Below, piece by piece: positions 1 to 14,037 of a DNA stretch of 64,000 nt (position 1 is the stretch's first letter; every line of letters starts with the position of its first letter). The DNA is from Chrysemys picta bellii (taxonomy: Eukaryota): NCBI RefSeq assembly GCF_011386835.1, contig NC_088808.1, positions 15,810,001 to 15,874,000 on the forward strand, in the 5' to 3' direction. The notes under the pieces were generated by a model. That model was given only the letters and a program-made list of their open reading frames with translations, made no database searches and had not been told where the DNA came from. The position numbers and the translations under genes are program-made.

Positions 1-26
1 TGTGTGTCTCTCTCTCTCTCTCACAC
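1..26. repeat. (TG)n(TC)n dinucleotide microsatellite
   Basis: tgtgtgtctctctctctctctcacac at the window start. Confidence 0.8.
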
Positions 27-744
27 ATACAATATTTATGGGCGGGGAGGGGGAGTGTCTGTCTGCATCATCAGGACCATCTCACATTCATGTACATTAG
101 TTTGTCCTTTCTGTGCTTGGTCCTCCAAGCTAGGCCTCAGAAGAAGCAGCTTTTTCCAAATCCAGCACAAATATTTTATTTATTTATTTATTCATTCCAA
201 TAACACCAAACCAGCCTGTCCTGTAAAATTTGCAGCCTTCGCATGTGAGACACAAAGTGGAAACTGACTAGAACTCTCAGTGACGGGGACTGGTCTGTTT
301 TCATTGCTCCAGCCCTAGAGAATGCGAAAAGAAAAGAAGTGAGAAATCAAAGAGAATTATGACCACATTTCATTTTCAGTTCACCAAGGTGGTGTTAGTT
401 ATGTAGATGAGGCCATTTTCTCAATGATATCATTTTTAACCTGTCCCTATCCCTTAATGTCCTCCCACTAGTGGAATCCACCAGTTCAATAGAATTCTGT
501 GGGTGTGAGGAGGAAGAGGCTGTTGCATTTGTGCGTGTTTGTTGTCTTTTTTAAAGGCTCACGAGAACAAGGAATTAAATAGCTCTGGCATGAGCTAAAC
601 CTACTTTGAGGCAGAGATTGCGTAAACTTCCCCCAGCCAGCTCTGCTACTGCAGGGCAGTCTTCCTGACTTGCAGCCTCACTCATCTGTACAGCAGAATG
701 TGCTGTATTGCAGGATTGTTTCCTTTGGCACACAAATGGGGACT

Positions 745-950
745 AAGCTAGAGAACCGTTGTCTAAACATAGGGCTAGGAACTCCAGAGTTTTAATCCCA
801 GCACTACCACTGACTCGCTCTGTGATCTTGGGTGAGTCACTTGTCTTCTTTGGGCCTCAGGCTCTCCGTCCTGTGAGAAGGGCATAACACAATATTTGCC
901 TACTTCACTGGGGGCTTGGGAGGGTCAATTATGTTTGTCGAGTGCTTTGG
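745..950 (+). mobile_element. MIR-like CORE-SINE, decayed
   Basis: tRNA-like head followed by core-like ctctgtgatcttgggtgagtcactt...cctcag; boundaries approximate. Confidence 0.55.
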
Positions 951-1080
951 CGATGACCAGGGCTGAGAGCACCCAAACTCGTTTTCACCTATGCTGAGAT
1001 TTGAACTCAGGTGTTCAGTGCAAAGACAATTATTGCTCCAGCACAGATGCTGCCCTGAGATCCTCCCTTTCCCTTGCTGA

Positions 1081-1512
<432 letters not shown>

Positions 1513-1967
1513 ACACAAGAATCCCTGACAGAAACTAGCAGACACTTTAAGATTCTCTCTCTCATTTTTTTAAAATATAATTCTTCATATTTATTGGGAA
1601 AAAATTAACTTCCATAAGTAGTAGTATTCTTTTTACTGTTGCTCCCCTGCCTGAAAAAAAGTTTCTTGCAGATGGTTAGGCTTCAGCAATCAAGGGCCAG
1701 CCATCACAGTATTTTGGCCACTTTTTAAAATCCCATTTGGATGGTAACCAAACTAAGCAGTAAAGATAACAAAATGAGTTCTCTTTGGATGGTGCACATC
1801 TGATGCCCAGGTGTGTTCTCAGAAAACCTGTTATCCCTTTGGGATGCGTTAATTAGCTTCTTGGAGGCAAAACGTTTTGGGGCGAAGTTCTACAGCGCTT
1901 TTTCTGTCTGCCAGCCCAACAGTTGTGTCTTGTACAGGGCCGGGCACACTGCCGGCACCTCACAGAT

Positions 1968-2399
1968 AATAAATAATCATAAAAGTTCTGCCATGTTTGT
2001 TTCTTATCATATATTGGGGGAATCTCCCAAGGGAAAGTAGTGGAAAACCCATCGATTGGGACTTTTAAGTAAAGGCTGAACAATGCCGTGCAGGGAACAG
2101 TCCTGCACTGGCCCTTGGGAGACAAAACAGTGGCCCTAATTAGAGCACTTAAACACATGCTTAATTTTGAATGTGTGCTTAAATCTTTTTAACTCCAAAG
2201 GAACGTACGCCTGTGCTTGCATCATGTGTTTTGCTAAATAGAAATGAATTTCTGCACATACTTAAAGCTAAACATTTTCTTAAGTAGTTTGCTGAATTAG
2301 GCCCTAGATCAGCTATTCAAAATTCTACTCAGCTAGGGTGAATGTGTGTGTGTGTGTGGGGAGAGGAGGGGTGTTTGTTTTTTTGGAAGGACAAATAAA
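1968..2399 (+). terminator. Candidate PLPP7 polyadenylation signals
   Basis: AATAAA at 1968-1973 and 2394-2399 downstream of the stop. Which one is used cannot be told from sequence. Confidence 0.3.
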
Positions 2400-2611
2400 A
2401 TACACACTTTCCTCATGGTTAAGGGTGGGTGACTCGATTTTGTGTCTGTTCATGACAATTTTGAAAGACTGGACTAGATGGGCCCCCATGAGTCTTTTCT
2501 GTCTCTTAACTTCTGTGATTTTAGATTCATGCCAATTAATAAAATGTGGTAAGAGGTGATTTTCATGGCAGCTCCAGTCTCAGGTGGAATGCAATCCAGC
2601 ACATAGGGAGT

Positions 2612-2845
2612 ATGGTGTACTAACCGGAGTAAGGGATTGAGAGCCTAGAGTTGTCGTTTCTACTCCTGGGCATGGCTTACTTGCTTTGTGACCTGGGCAA
2701 GTGACTTCATTATTCCATGCCTCTGTTTCCCCATCTGTAAAATGGGGGTAATGATCTTAGTCTTCCTGGGTTATGAGGCTGAGTTAACTGATGTTTGTGA
2801 ACTCTTTGAGATTATAGGCTGGCAAGTGCAGCACAAGTGCACAGC
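2612..2845 (+). mobile_element. MIR-like CORE-SINE
   Basis: Core motif gtgacctgggcaagtgacttc...gcctctgtttccccatctgtaaaatgggg. Confidence 0.7.
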
Positions 2846-4594
2846 ATTGTTGTTCTGCGCTATCATCGTGAAAACTGGCCAGTTTATATCAGAATTGACT
2901 GTATTTGAAAAATGTGATCCATCTCAGATGCATAATGCGACGACCATATGGGGAAGCCCCAGGTTTTTAAAACTGTCTCCTTCCCCTTCAGAAAAGAGGT
3001 CCTGGCATTTGGTGGAGGACCCCACCAGAACATCAGGGTCTCCCATGGTTGGGTGCTTCTTCCCTGCTCCAGGATGGGCTTCTATCTTTCTCCTACTTCT
3101 GAGTCCTTGATGGTCCCCACCCCTCATTAAGTCATACAAGCCAGCCAAACCTGGCCCTCATAGTGGTAGCCTGCCGGTGCTGCATTCCCATCCGCTCCTG
3201 TGTGTCACTACCTGTGGGGTCTGGATCCCAAAGATGTAAGTATCTGCCCACTCCCTCTGACCCGCCTACCAAATGAGAGACCAGACCACTGATTCCGTAG
3301 GATCCAGGTAAGCGAGACCATGAATAGTGTAATTTGTGTAGAAACTGCCTGGTGAGACAGAGAAAGCATTTTAGCTAAAGGCTGCTGCAGGTGTTTAACA
3401 TTTGTTGTTGTGTGATAATTAATATGAAGCACCTATCCCAGGCAGACATCTCCAGCTGGGGAAGACAGCAAAGAGCCTTCAAAGGCATCAACTGAATGCT
3501 CTCGCCACGCTGAAATTACAGCAGGCAGAGCGTAGCGAGAGATGCATTTAAAGATGATTGAATCTTACGGAGCTTCCCCTGTGAGCAGCTCCTAAAGAAG
3601 TCTCTTCTGGGAAAGGCTTGTGATTGTAGTGAGTGTGACAGGGAAGGGGAGATGTGAATGCTGAGTCCGGATCCTGTTTCTTTTCCAGGAAAGCAGCACC
3701 CGTGTTCTTGGAGAGCACCCAAGTGCTGAAGGGTTGGTCTGTCAGTTGTTTGAGCAGTAGTGGGTTAGGTGTGTATAGTGGGTGGGGAGATAAGGCCGGC
3801 TTCTGTTCCCATTGCACTCACTGGCAATACGTCTATTGATTTCTGTGGGAGACATTACCGCACTTTGGAAGAGAGGCTCTGATCTGATGTCTGGTTTTGC
3901 CACTGGATGAGAAAGAAGAACCAGTGTTTCCTATGCCTCCCAGGGCTGGAAGGGTCTTTGCAAACACCTACAGGTGCTGATTCATGCACAGAAGTGAGCT
4001 GTTGTCTCTCGCCTCTTTTTCTTCCAGGTTTCCCTGCTCTCAAGATGCTTGACCTCCACCTTCAGGGAGAGATTGAGGTGTGGGAGGGAGCACCCCAAGG
4101 TGAGTGTATGTAGCCAGCTGTGTTGGATGGAGAATGGATGTCTGAACGGGAAGGGAGCAGTCGATTCCTCTGTCCTGGTTTCCATGAGGAAACCCATCAC
4201 TTTTAGGGACCTTTAATCCTAAACCCCAGATTTTCTCACCCCTTTGCTAATGGGCTGGATGCTTCTACAGCTGCACTCCAGGCACTCATTGCTAGGGCCT
4301 GAATCTCTTCTCACTTACTCCAGTTTCATGCTGGAGTCTCCCTGCGGGCTTCCGCAGAGTGAGGTTCACAGTGGTATAAGCAGGAGGCATATTAGGCCCC
4401 GAGAGCGCAGCGAAGACTTGCTGAGTAACCTCCGTGTCCAGGCTGCTCTCTAGCACCCTCTGGATGGTCGTGAAGTGAGGAGGGGACAGTTAGAGGCCCC
4501 AGCTGCCTCTGGGTGGACATTTATTTCCCTGTGAGTGGCTGGCATAGGTTGGCTGGCCCCTCCTGTTGCCCAGGCGGTAAAATGATTTGGGTCA

Positions 4595-5084
4595 TGTGAC
4601 AGGAAGGCAGCTCAGGCCAGGCCTAGGGCTCTGGACACTCCAGCGAGGATGGGCTGGGCATGCCAGGCGGGACAAAAGCCTGGGACGCTGCAGCTGGACT
4701 GAGGAAGCAGCTGCCGGTGAGTGCTGAGGGGACCGAGGCTGGCTCCGGCAGGAAGCAAGGGACTGTCTGGAGCTCTGAGAAGTGGGGCTGGGGACCCCTG
4801 ACTCAGGAGGAGAGAACTAGCTGAACTTTGGAACTGGTGCCCAGAGCCAGATGGGTGAAGCCGGTGTGAAGTGCCACATGGCTTGGGAAGCAGGGCTGTG
4901 GGCTCCCTGGATTAGGGGGAAGGGCTGGGGCCTGGAGAGCCAACGTGTGTATGGACTAAGTAGACTGGGTCCCCCTCCAGGAGGGCAATGTCAAAAAATG
5001 ATAGGGCCTGGGTGTAGTTTTTGAGGAGCCCTGTGAGAGATGCAGAGCCATCCCAGGCCACGAGGGGGCGCTCTGGAGGTGACA
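4595..5084 (+). mobile_element. Probable solo LTR
   Basis: TG...CA termini (tgtgaca / ggtgaca), about 490 bp. No matching TSD. Confidence 0.35.
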
Positions 5085-7076
5085 GTGGTTTACGGTGGTT
5101 TGTTTTGGTTTCCCTTAGGTCTCCCCCAGTCAACCTAAGCTAAACTGCAATAAACCTGGTTTATATGGAGGCCAGCCCTAAATCAGTTTAGAAGTCAGTG
5201 TGACTGCCTGGTATGGACACTCTGAAATCTGTTCAAGAGAGTACAAGTTACATCAGAATTGGGTGCTCTCCCCCAATCTAGGTGCCCATCAATGGTGGGG
5301 GTGTTGCACCAATGGAGTGACTTCAGTGCTCAAACTGTGTAGCCAAGGCCTAAAGCCTCTCAGAGAAGCTGAAAACTTCACATACACAACAGCATTAATA
5401 CTTTGCCAAGCGTCCAGCTGTGACAGGGCAGGGGCACTGCCTTGTCCCTGGTGAGCAAGGGGTTAACGCTGGCTCAGCTTCCCCTTCCCTTGCTCAGTGG
5501 GTAGGATGCCTGTGGAAAGGTTAAACTCCACAGCCAGGTGCACAGAACCCTGTTGAGACCCCAGGCTGGGGAGTTCTGTTAGGTCGGTTGGCTTAGCTGT
5601 CTTGTTGCTGACGGTTCACCTTGAGGAAAAGCACTCGCTGACAGCATGTATCTTCCACTGACCCCTTGCCCAGCATGGCTCTACCGCGGTACCTAGCCAG
5701 CTTTCCTCTCACCTCCCTTCCCCCGGCAGAGTCTGAGTCTTCTCTGCTCTCCCCTCCACCTTCAGTAGATCCTCTCCCATGAGTGGCCATGGGCCCTGCA
5801 ACCCAGGCTCTCATTATAAGGGCACCGGTGAAAGTGCCCCTGAGTCCTGGGCCGATGCAGAGAGCGCCCCCCAAGTGGAATGCCTGCTGCTGACTCTGGG
5901 ACGTGAGTCGCTGCCCCTCCGCTATCTGTCTTTAGACTGACAGTGCCATGCTGACACAACAAGGCAGAGGGCACAGAGCACTGGGAGGAAGGGGAATTTG
6001 TTCTACTCTGCTCTTTATTTCCTCATTGTCCTGAGCCGCGCAGGGATGCAGGGCCCCCATTGGCCGAGCTGTCATTGGCCGACGACACACTGGGCTGCGT
6101 CTGGACTCAGGGACACTTAGAAAATCCATTTGCAGAGGCTAAGTCGGCTCTCGAAGGATGCGATTGTGCCTCTGGGTTAGAAAACAACCAGTGGAGCTGT
6201 GTGCAGTTCTAGCCTCAGCTGAACGAGAGGATCCTGCCTCTGTCACTATAGCAACAGACCGGGATCGCAGGATACCCGGTGTTCCCTGGTCAGTGTTGCT
6301 CAACTCCTGCACCAGGGCTGAGCGGAGCTCCTTGAGCTTGTCCAATGGCTCTGGCATGAGCTTCAGCGGGCGCCAGGGCAGGTCTCTTCCAGGACAGCCA
6401 CGCCACTGCAGCCCTTTGGGAGGCAGGTGCCTTTGATCGCCATTATAAATCACTGCAGTCTTACAAACGGGCCTTCAGGGCAGGAATGGATGGGTTATTG
6501 ATTAGCTCCTCGGGGGAGAGGGGAGGGAGGCACGGAATTCACCGACTGACAGAAACGGCTTTGAAGCAGCGTTCTCTGATTGTAGTTTAGAATCGTGTGG
6601 GTGGCAGCGGCTGGGAGACCACAATGCTGCAGCCTATAAGATAGAATCCAAGGGGATTTGTGTTAGCTTTAAGCTTTGGTATAAATCATACAGACCTACT
6701 TTTATGATGATTGCCGTTTGTGCTAGTGATAAGCCAGGATGGCAGTGGGGTGATGGGATTGGATGGTGTGCACTGCAGTCGCAGAAATTCAGGGCCTGAT
6801 TTGCCTCTCATCCTGGTATGAATCAGGAATCACTTCACTGAACCCAGTGGAGTTTAAACTGGTGTAAGTGACAGGAGAATCCGTCCCCCGTCCCGCATTT
6901 ATATTTCATGCACCACAAGCGCTTACTTCTTGCTAGCGTCTGATTCCTGCTCACCGCTCAGAACGGAGACACAGGCGTGGGTGTTTTTAAAAGCAGGGCT
7001 TTCTAGTCAGGGGCAGAGTGTGAGTTTTGTTGCCTCTCCGAGGTCTCAAAGGACTGTCGGTAGCATATGGAGCCTT

Positions 7077-7226
7077 AGGGCCTGGTTCTCCTTACAACCT
7101 GTGTCGTCATTCACACCTGTGCAACGTGGGGGTAAAGGCCACCATTCTGGCTTGGTAGCATCTGACACCTGCTGTGCACGGGTGTCAATATCTCTACAAG
7201 TGAAGGGCGGTGGAGAATCAGATCCT
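7077..7226. repeat. Short palindromic MITE-like element
   Basis: Terminal arms agggcctggttctcc / ggagaatcagatcct (12/15) and inner arms acacctgtgca / tgcacgggtgt (10/11). Confidence 0.55.
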
Positions 7227-9361
7227 TCAACTGCTAAATCGTAGGTTCAAATCCAACCTGGGTGCTTAATGTCCACCAGTGAATTGCTGCTATGTGGAAA
7301 ACAAGTTTGCTGGGCCCAGTCCAGTGTTTGGAGGGCAGGTTCCCCATCACGTCAATCACCCCAACTGGCACCTCGGTGGGGAGTTTGAGCAGAGGCAAAG
7401 GGCTGAAGGAGCCTTGGGCACTAAACTCCTACAGGTCATGGTTGATGCCCATGGGTGTAGGAGCCTGCCCTGCAGCTGCCCGTGCTCTGTATGGTGGCCC
7501 CCAGAACAGGGGGGTTGGCACCTTTCACCAGCACCAAATTCACACACACAACGTTTTCAATACATGGGAGGGAGGAAGGTTGGTGAGGCCTGATCCTTGG
7601 TTAGAGACAGACTCTGCTCTACAAGACAAGGCCAGGAAGCCAGGCTGCTCTGGGCTCTTCCTGTTTCCTGAGCCATTCTTCATCTGGGTTGAGCAGCAGC
7701 AGTGTTTCTTGTGATAAGAGCAGGGGAGGAAAGGGTGTGTGTGTGTCAGTCAGAGTCACACCCTGAAAGTTGTCCCTCAGAAGCCCAGGAAGGATAACTG
7801 AGAACCACCAGCCCACAAGAAGTGGGGACAGGGCTGTAAAAGCTGGGATATACATGAAGTCCCTGTGAGGCTTTCCTTGGCAGAGAGGCCGAGTGGGGTG
7901 ATGTGCTGCCTCTGTGTGGGGATGGAGAGAGTTGGTGCCAGCTTTGGAGCCGCAGAATCACCTGTGAGATGGAGGGATCAGAGGGTAGAGGCCGGGCCCT
8001 GTGCGAGGTGCCTGCTGGGACTGAAGGACAGAGATCTCTCAATCAGCTGAGGCTTTAATAAAAGGAGATGCACGTTGGTATCGTGCATCGCATTGTTGTG
8101 TGGGTCTGTGGGCCCAGTCCACATAGAGTAGCCGAGGGCTCTGCGGTAGAAGTTTCCCAACAAACAGCTTTGTGTCTTTGGGGGGGAGGGGGTGCTGCAG
8201 GTCCATTCACACAACACCAACAATCTGGTGACACCCGTGGTGCTACTGTTTAGCCACTTGACCCTGTGGTGCAGCTGCTTGACTTCTTTCCCAGCCTAGG
8301 AGCCCTCGGCACTGCAGAGTAGCTTGGGGTGGGGGGACGTAAAAAGCCACACAAGCATGAGGCCTCCAGCTGGAGGCCGTCGCCCCCTTTCCCTCCCACC
8401 AGAGGCATGAGGGCTGGGGATAGAATCGCTGCCCACACTGCAGAGGAGGAGGCGCCCCCCTGCCACCCAACAGTTTGGGGAGCAGTGTTTTCCTGTAAAT
8501 TCATCTGTGGGAGGGGGCTGTTCTGGGCGAGCTGCCTGTCAGCTAGAAGGGGCTAGGGCCATGGCTGTGTAACAGTGCAGAACACCTCGTTACGGGTAGT
8601 GTCACCCTAGCGTCGCCAGAGAGCCAGAGGGAATGAGTTCCAACTGCAGCCAGGGAGTGCCGGCATCTTCACTGAGCACACACAGCACAACAAATGCCCC
8701 AGAGGAGGCAACTGCTTCATGCCGAGCTGCGTGCGTGGGCTGCTCCCTCCGACGCGTTGTGGAGACGAGGAGGATTTCATTTTTATTTTTGGTGTGAGTG
8801 ATAACATGCCCCCAAGCTTTTAATGCTGATTAAATTCAGCTGCAAAAAGAGGTTTTAATTTATAAAAATGAAGAGCACTGGGTAAGAAGCAAATCTGGAT
8901 TATAACCTCAGGCATATGGGGGAATCATAGCTGGGCTGTTTGTTTGTCTCTATTCCCCTCCCGCACCCCCTAAGCTTGTGTTTTATTTGAACAAGCTGTT
9001 TGGTTTATTTTTGGCCTCTGATGATTGGAACTGTGGGGAAGAAAGCGGGAGACACATCCCTTCTCAGTAGGGCTGTGTGGAGTCTCGCCCCTGGTCTGTG
9101 CTTTGCTCCCACTGGCCTCTTTCATCATGCGTCCGTTTCTGTTCCCCCCAAAGCAGAAGAGGAGAGAAGGAGGGAATGGGACCCCCCCACACACACACCA
9201 AGACCAGAGAAGGGCATGAGATGGTTTGAGTTTGGTGAGGAGAAGGTCGGGTGTGCAGAATGCTGGAGTGAAATGGCTAAGGCTCACCCCTCTGGAGGGG
9301 GCAAAGACCCAGCAGGTGGGTGGGGAGAGGAGGGAAGGTCATTTTCCTTTCGCATGTTGTT

Positions 9362-9720
9362 AGAGCTGGGTGAAGAACAGACTTTTTTGGTTCACTGGCG
9401 GTAGTTCTGAAAAACCAGGGAAAAAACTGTTGGCTTGTACGAACCGTTTCCTTTCGATTTTGAGCATTGACTCGAGCGTCTCATTCTTCCAAATAAAATT
9501 CAAGGCCATTTCAAAATGAAAAGTCCCTTCAAATCAGAAAATCAAAATGTTTCCTTTCGAAATAGTCCGAACAAAATATTTTGATTTATTTGGGGTTTTT
9601 TTGGTTACCAAACCAATTTGGCAAAATCAGCCCCAAGTCGTGAAACATTTCGGTGTGGTCAAATCTGCATTGATCGCCGAAAAAAATGTTTAGGTTGAAA
9701 AATGTCACGCAGCACTATCT
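9362..9720. mobile_element. Decayed non-autonomous DNA transposon (TAGAGCTG-type terminus)
   Basis: tagagctgg left end, degenerate right end, interior of short TTTCG/CGAAA-like motifs. Confidence 0.35.
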
Positions 9721-9899
9721 GCAATGGCCACAGAGGCTTGGAGTGAGCGAAGAGCTGGCAGAGCAATGGGGGTCTTGGTACTCAGAAGTGCAGCACACAA
9801 CCTCCTACCGCAACTGCTTGTGCTGCAGCCAATTGGGCTTTTGTATCTCAACAGTCACAAAACAGCTTCAGACAAGTGAGGGTGCATGTCGTGGGGGTA

Positions 9900-10060
9900 T
9901 GTGGGGTTTGAGTGTGGTCTGAACACATGTGCCAAGAGTGTGTGGTGTGTATGCATAAATTGCATGTCTGTGTGGTGTTTGCATGTGTGTGGCATGTATG
10001 CATAAGGGGGAGGGACTTGTTTTGTGTGTGCGTGCAGTTGTGTGTATGTGTGTGTTCAAA
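9900..10060. repeat. Degenerate TG-rich simple repeat
   Basis: gtgtggtgtgtatgcat...gtgtgtatgtgtgtg tract. Confidence 0.75.
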
Positions 10061-10587
10061 TGGCAGACATCTGATTATACTGTTGAACTGGAGTGTAATT
10101 CTGCCTCCCACAGAGACGCCATAATCCCATAGAGCTGTTCTGCGGATTTGAGGACTGGAGGGCGGGGGCGGGGTGTTATTAACACTGTTATGCAAGACTT
10201 CATTTTGATAGAGCTTAAGGAAAGGCACCTTTCGGTGCCCCTTTCCCCTGCTGTGTTCAGCTGGAGCTGGTCTCTCTCCGCTATGGAAGGACCAGCTGGC
10301 AGGAACGCCAGCAGCAGGAGAGCAGCTACACAGGTCAAGTTCTCGGCGGGATGGCCAGCAATTCCCTTAAATGCCTGTCTCCTAGAGGCAATAAGTGATC
10401 TTGGAAGAGTCTTTCCTGGAATGCCGCGATGTGGCTCTAGCCTCTTGTGTATTGGATTTCCTTGGAAAAATGCTTCCCCTTTATTAACTCAAGAGGAAGT
10501 TTCTAACAAATGATAAGAGATCCATAGACCAGTTTAAACAGCTTTCAGCAGCTCTCTGAGTCTGGAAGAATCTATCAAGTGTAGCTG

Positions 10588-10643
10588 TATTAAACTACTT
10601 AAAACTTAAAACTAAAACTACTTAAACTTAAAACTTAAACTAC
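10588..10643. repeat. Short tandem repeat of AAACT(T/A)-like units
   Basis: ttaaactacttaaaacttaaaactaaaactacttaaacttaaaacttaaactac. Confidence 0.75.
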
Positions 10644-11371
10644 AGGTGTGTGCTAGCACATCTGTTGCAACAATACACATAATCTTTTTCTATGCTCAGA
10701 GACTTCTAGCCCACATGGACAATAGTAGTTCATGTGAACTCCAGTTTAGCCTATGTACATAAATTAGGTGGCGATTAAGCCTTTAATTAGTGGACTGAAT
10801 AAAAGATATATGCGCACAGCACACATATCTAAGATGGCACATCCCCTCTCAGAGACTACACCAGTTACTGACAACTTGAGGGCAGAGGGAGGCTTGAAAT
10901 AGGAGATAAATGACCCTTTCCCCTGGACACACAGACCACAATAACCTGGTGTTGCTGGGCTGTCAGGGTCACCCAAGAGTGAATGCAATAGATAGTCCTT
11001 TGTCCTAAGACCTGCTACTTTCTGGGTGTCAGTATGTCTGGGAGTGTGTCTCTATTCTGCACTGGGACTGCATCCTTGTCTTAGCTTTGGGGGGAACCGG
11101 AAAGTCAGGAGAGTGAGCCTTGACTGACGTCTCTGATATTGCGCTTTCATGCTGAAGGACCGGGGAGGTGTTTTTTCTCCCATGCTGACCTTAGTTACCC
11201 AGGAGTCCCCCTTTGACACCCTTTGTCAGAGGTAGGGCTGGCCTGCGGATATTTCTTATTAGTGCTATAGGGCAATATTAGGGTATGGGGCATTATTTAA
11301 CTTGGCATTTCCTCAGCTTTCATCTGAGGATTTCGGAGCACTCTATGAACATACTGATTCCCCCTCTCAAC

Positions 11372-11470
11372 ACCCCGTCTTTTTAAATAGGTGGGAAACT
11401 GAGGCACACCCCTTTCTCCAAGGTGAATCAGTGGCAGAGCTGGCCATAGAACCCAGGTGTCCTGACTCCC
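11372..11470 (-). mobile_element. MIR-like CORE-SINE fragment
   Basis: gggaaactgaggcac...ccaaggt...gtggcagagctgg...gaacccaggtgtcctgactccc, the typical antisense MIR signature. Confidence 0.7.
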
Positions 11471-13849
11471 TTTTCACTGATCCAGCCATCAGAATACACT
11501 TCCCCTCTGCAGGTTTGAGCATGTTAACCTGGCACTTGGTAGGCCTGGGCCCTCTGCTGGATGGGCTCCTACCATTGGCTGATCGGAACTCGGAGAGATC
11601 TTTGTTGCTTCTGAGTTCATTCCCCAGGATGCAGGAATCAAGTCGGATTAAGAGTCCCTTAGCTGATCACATTTATTTCATTATTTGAGTGAAATCCCTC
11701 GGTAAATACCTTCTTTCCCCGCTCCTATCCCCTTCGCCCTTCGTCAGAATAGAAGACAAAGAATTGCTGAATTAGGAGAAGTTAATCACGAGAGTGGCAT
11801 TAAAATCACCTAGATGCATCATTAACCTCTCCTGTCCCCGCTGCACAGAGCGGGGAGGGAGGCTTGGCTGTTGCTGGGAGATGCTAAACAGGGACAGGAT
11901 ACCAGCAGATTCTGCCTGCCGGCACGGTCCTCCTGCTTAGTGGGAGAGAGACATCCCAGCAATTCACGAGGGATTTCCCAGCAGCCACTAAGTGGAGCTG
12001 CAGCTACTTCCTTTGCAGCAGCATTGCAGCAATGAACCTTTCATGAGGGTGGTCTGACAAATTGGCCCACATGCCATAGCAATTAACAGCAAAGGCCGTG
12101 GGTTAGGGCAGCCCCTAGGGCCCTCGGCATTGTGACATGCGTCATATGCCCAGGGCCTGAATAGGAGGCGTTTCCATCCAGAGTTGGGAGTCGAATGCAA
12201 TTAGAAATGTCATTGCCCCTCGATTTACAATAAGGTCTTGGATCTGCCCTGTGCTCTAGAGAGCATGAACAGGAAGGCATTGCTAATACACCTGGTGCTT
12301 GGACAGGAACCTCCCTATGGACCTTTGAGATATACAGAGTGGCTTGGCTGCGGGTAGGACTGTGTGCCTTCATTGGGGCATTCTCCCCGGGCCACTTCCA
12401 GGCCCCTATATGGCACTGGAGTGAGGGAGGGACAGAAATTGCTCCAGTACATCCACTGGTGCACTGGCTTGCAGTTGGTTCCCGAGGGCAGTTTCAGGCA
12501 TTGGTTTTCACCGGTACAGCCCCTTATGGTTTAGGCCCTGGCTCCCTTAGAGATGTCCCTCTGCATTTGCGCTGAGGTCTGCGGGTGCACCTGAGCTCAC
12601 AGCCCCCACCCAGGCTTCCTCACTGAAAGGCAGGCCCTGTGCTCTGCCCAGCAGCTCCCCACCCCAGCCTGCAGCCCGTGAAGGCAGGCTGCCATGCCCT
12701 GCATTGAGAGACGCCTGTCCATGAAAGGAGAGTTGGGGTTGGCAGAGACCCTTTCAGGCATGGGGATTTTTATAGGGGGTTGACTGAGCTATTTAACTGA
12801 CGGGGTGTTGCTCTGAGATCCTGTTTAGCGAGATTTAGAAGCAATTTCAGATTAGATGCCCTGATTCACAGAAACTCCCTTGATCCTCCGGACACCCCCC
12901 CCACACACACCCTTCCACACACACAGACAGCACTTTGATAGGGGGAGCAGACATGGAGAAACTCCCTCGTTTCATCCTGCTTATCCTCTTCATTGGGTCC
13001 TAGCCTGCATTCCTTGCACAACCAAGGAGCCCACTGAAATCAGCAGTGGACAAGGGCTGCAGGGTCAGACCCACAGAGATTAACTCAAATAAAATTGCGG
13101 GGAAGAGAAGCCGAGATCATTGCAAATAGATGATGGCCGTAAACTAAACGTTCCCCTTGAGACACGGGTGCACTGTCCTTGCTCTGCCTCCACATCCCTG
13201 CCTGGCAGAGCAGCAGTGAAAGCCTTTCCCTTGACAGTTTGTTTAGGAATTAGCTTCATGCACATCTGGCTGCAGAGGTCAGTTGCAAAGAGACGTGATC
13301 CGGTTAGTGCTGATTCCCCAGCCTTGCTGAGATTTTGACCTTGAAGCTCCCAGGCTTGTTATTTTTAAAAGGGGTTTTGCCGTGTGTGTTTTTGTTTTAA
13401 CCCGATTGCTAAAGACATACAACAGCAGCACATTACCACATCGGTTTTGTGTCCGGCACACATGGGGGGTTACATAAAGCAGATTAATGGGATAGCAGGA
13501 ACAGAAAGAAATACATGGGACCATGTGAGGAGAACTGCTTAGGAAGGGATGTGGCAGGAGGAGCTGTCAGGTACCAGATCAAAAATAAGGCTGGTCTGAT
13601 GGTTTGGATGATCTGAGTTGAGCCAGTGCAGTTCCTGGAAGTATTCAGCTACTGCTCTGTATTCCTTGTTTCAGGATGTTTCATATATTCTTTTGTCTTG
13701 CTCCTAAATCAGTGTGAGGTCATGTGTGCGTAGCTGATTTCTCTAAGGCCCTGTTCAGAGCTGAATCAGAACCAGGCTAGATGTGAACAGAGAATTTCAG
13801 ACTGCAGGGACTTCGGCCCAGGAGCATTGAATAGTCCGTTTATTATATA

Positions 13850-14037
13850 CACCTCTACCCCGATATAACGCAATCCGATAGAACACGAATTCGGATATAA
13901 CGCGGTAAAGCAGCGCTCCGGGGGGGCGGGGCTGCGCGCTCTGGCAGATCAAAGCAAGTTCGCTATAACGCGGTTTCACCCATAATGTGGTAAGATTTTT
14001 TGGCGCCCGAGGACAGCGTTCTATCGGGGTAGAGGCG
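13850..14037. mobile_element. Tc1/mariner (Tigger-like) MITE, 188 bp
   Basis: TIRs CACCTCTACCCCGATATAACGC / GCGTTCTATCGGGGTAGAGGCG (20/22), flanked by TA at 13848-13849 and 14038-14039. Confidence 0.85.

Noticed and set aside
9848-10228. His/Thr- and Cys/Val-rich ORFs
   Set aside because: Translations of the TG-rich simple repeat.
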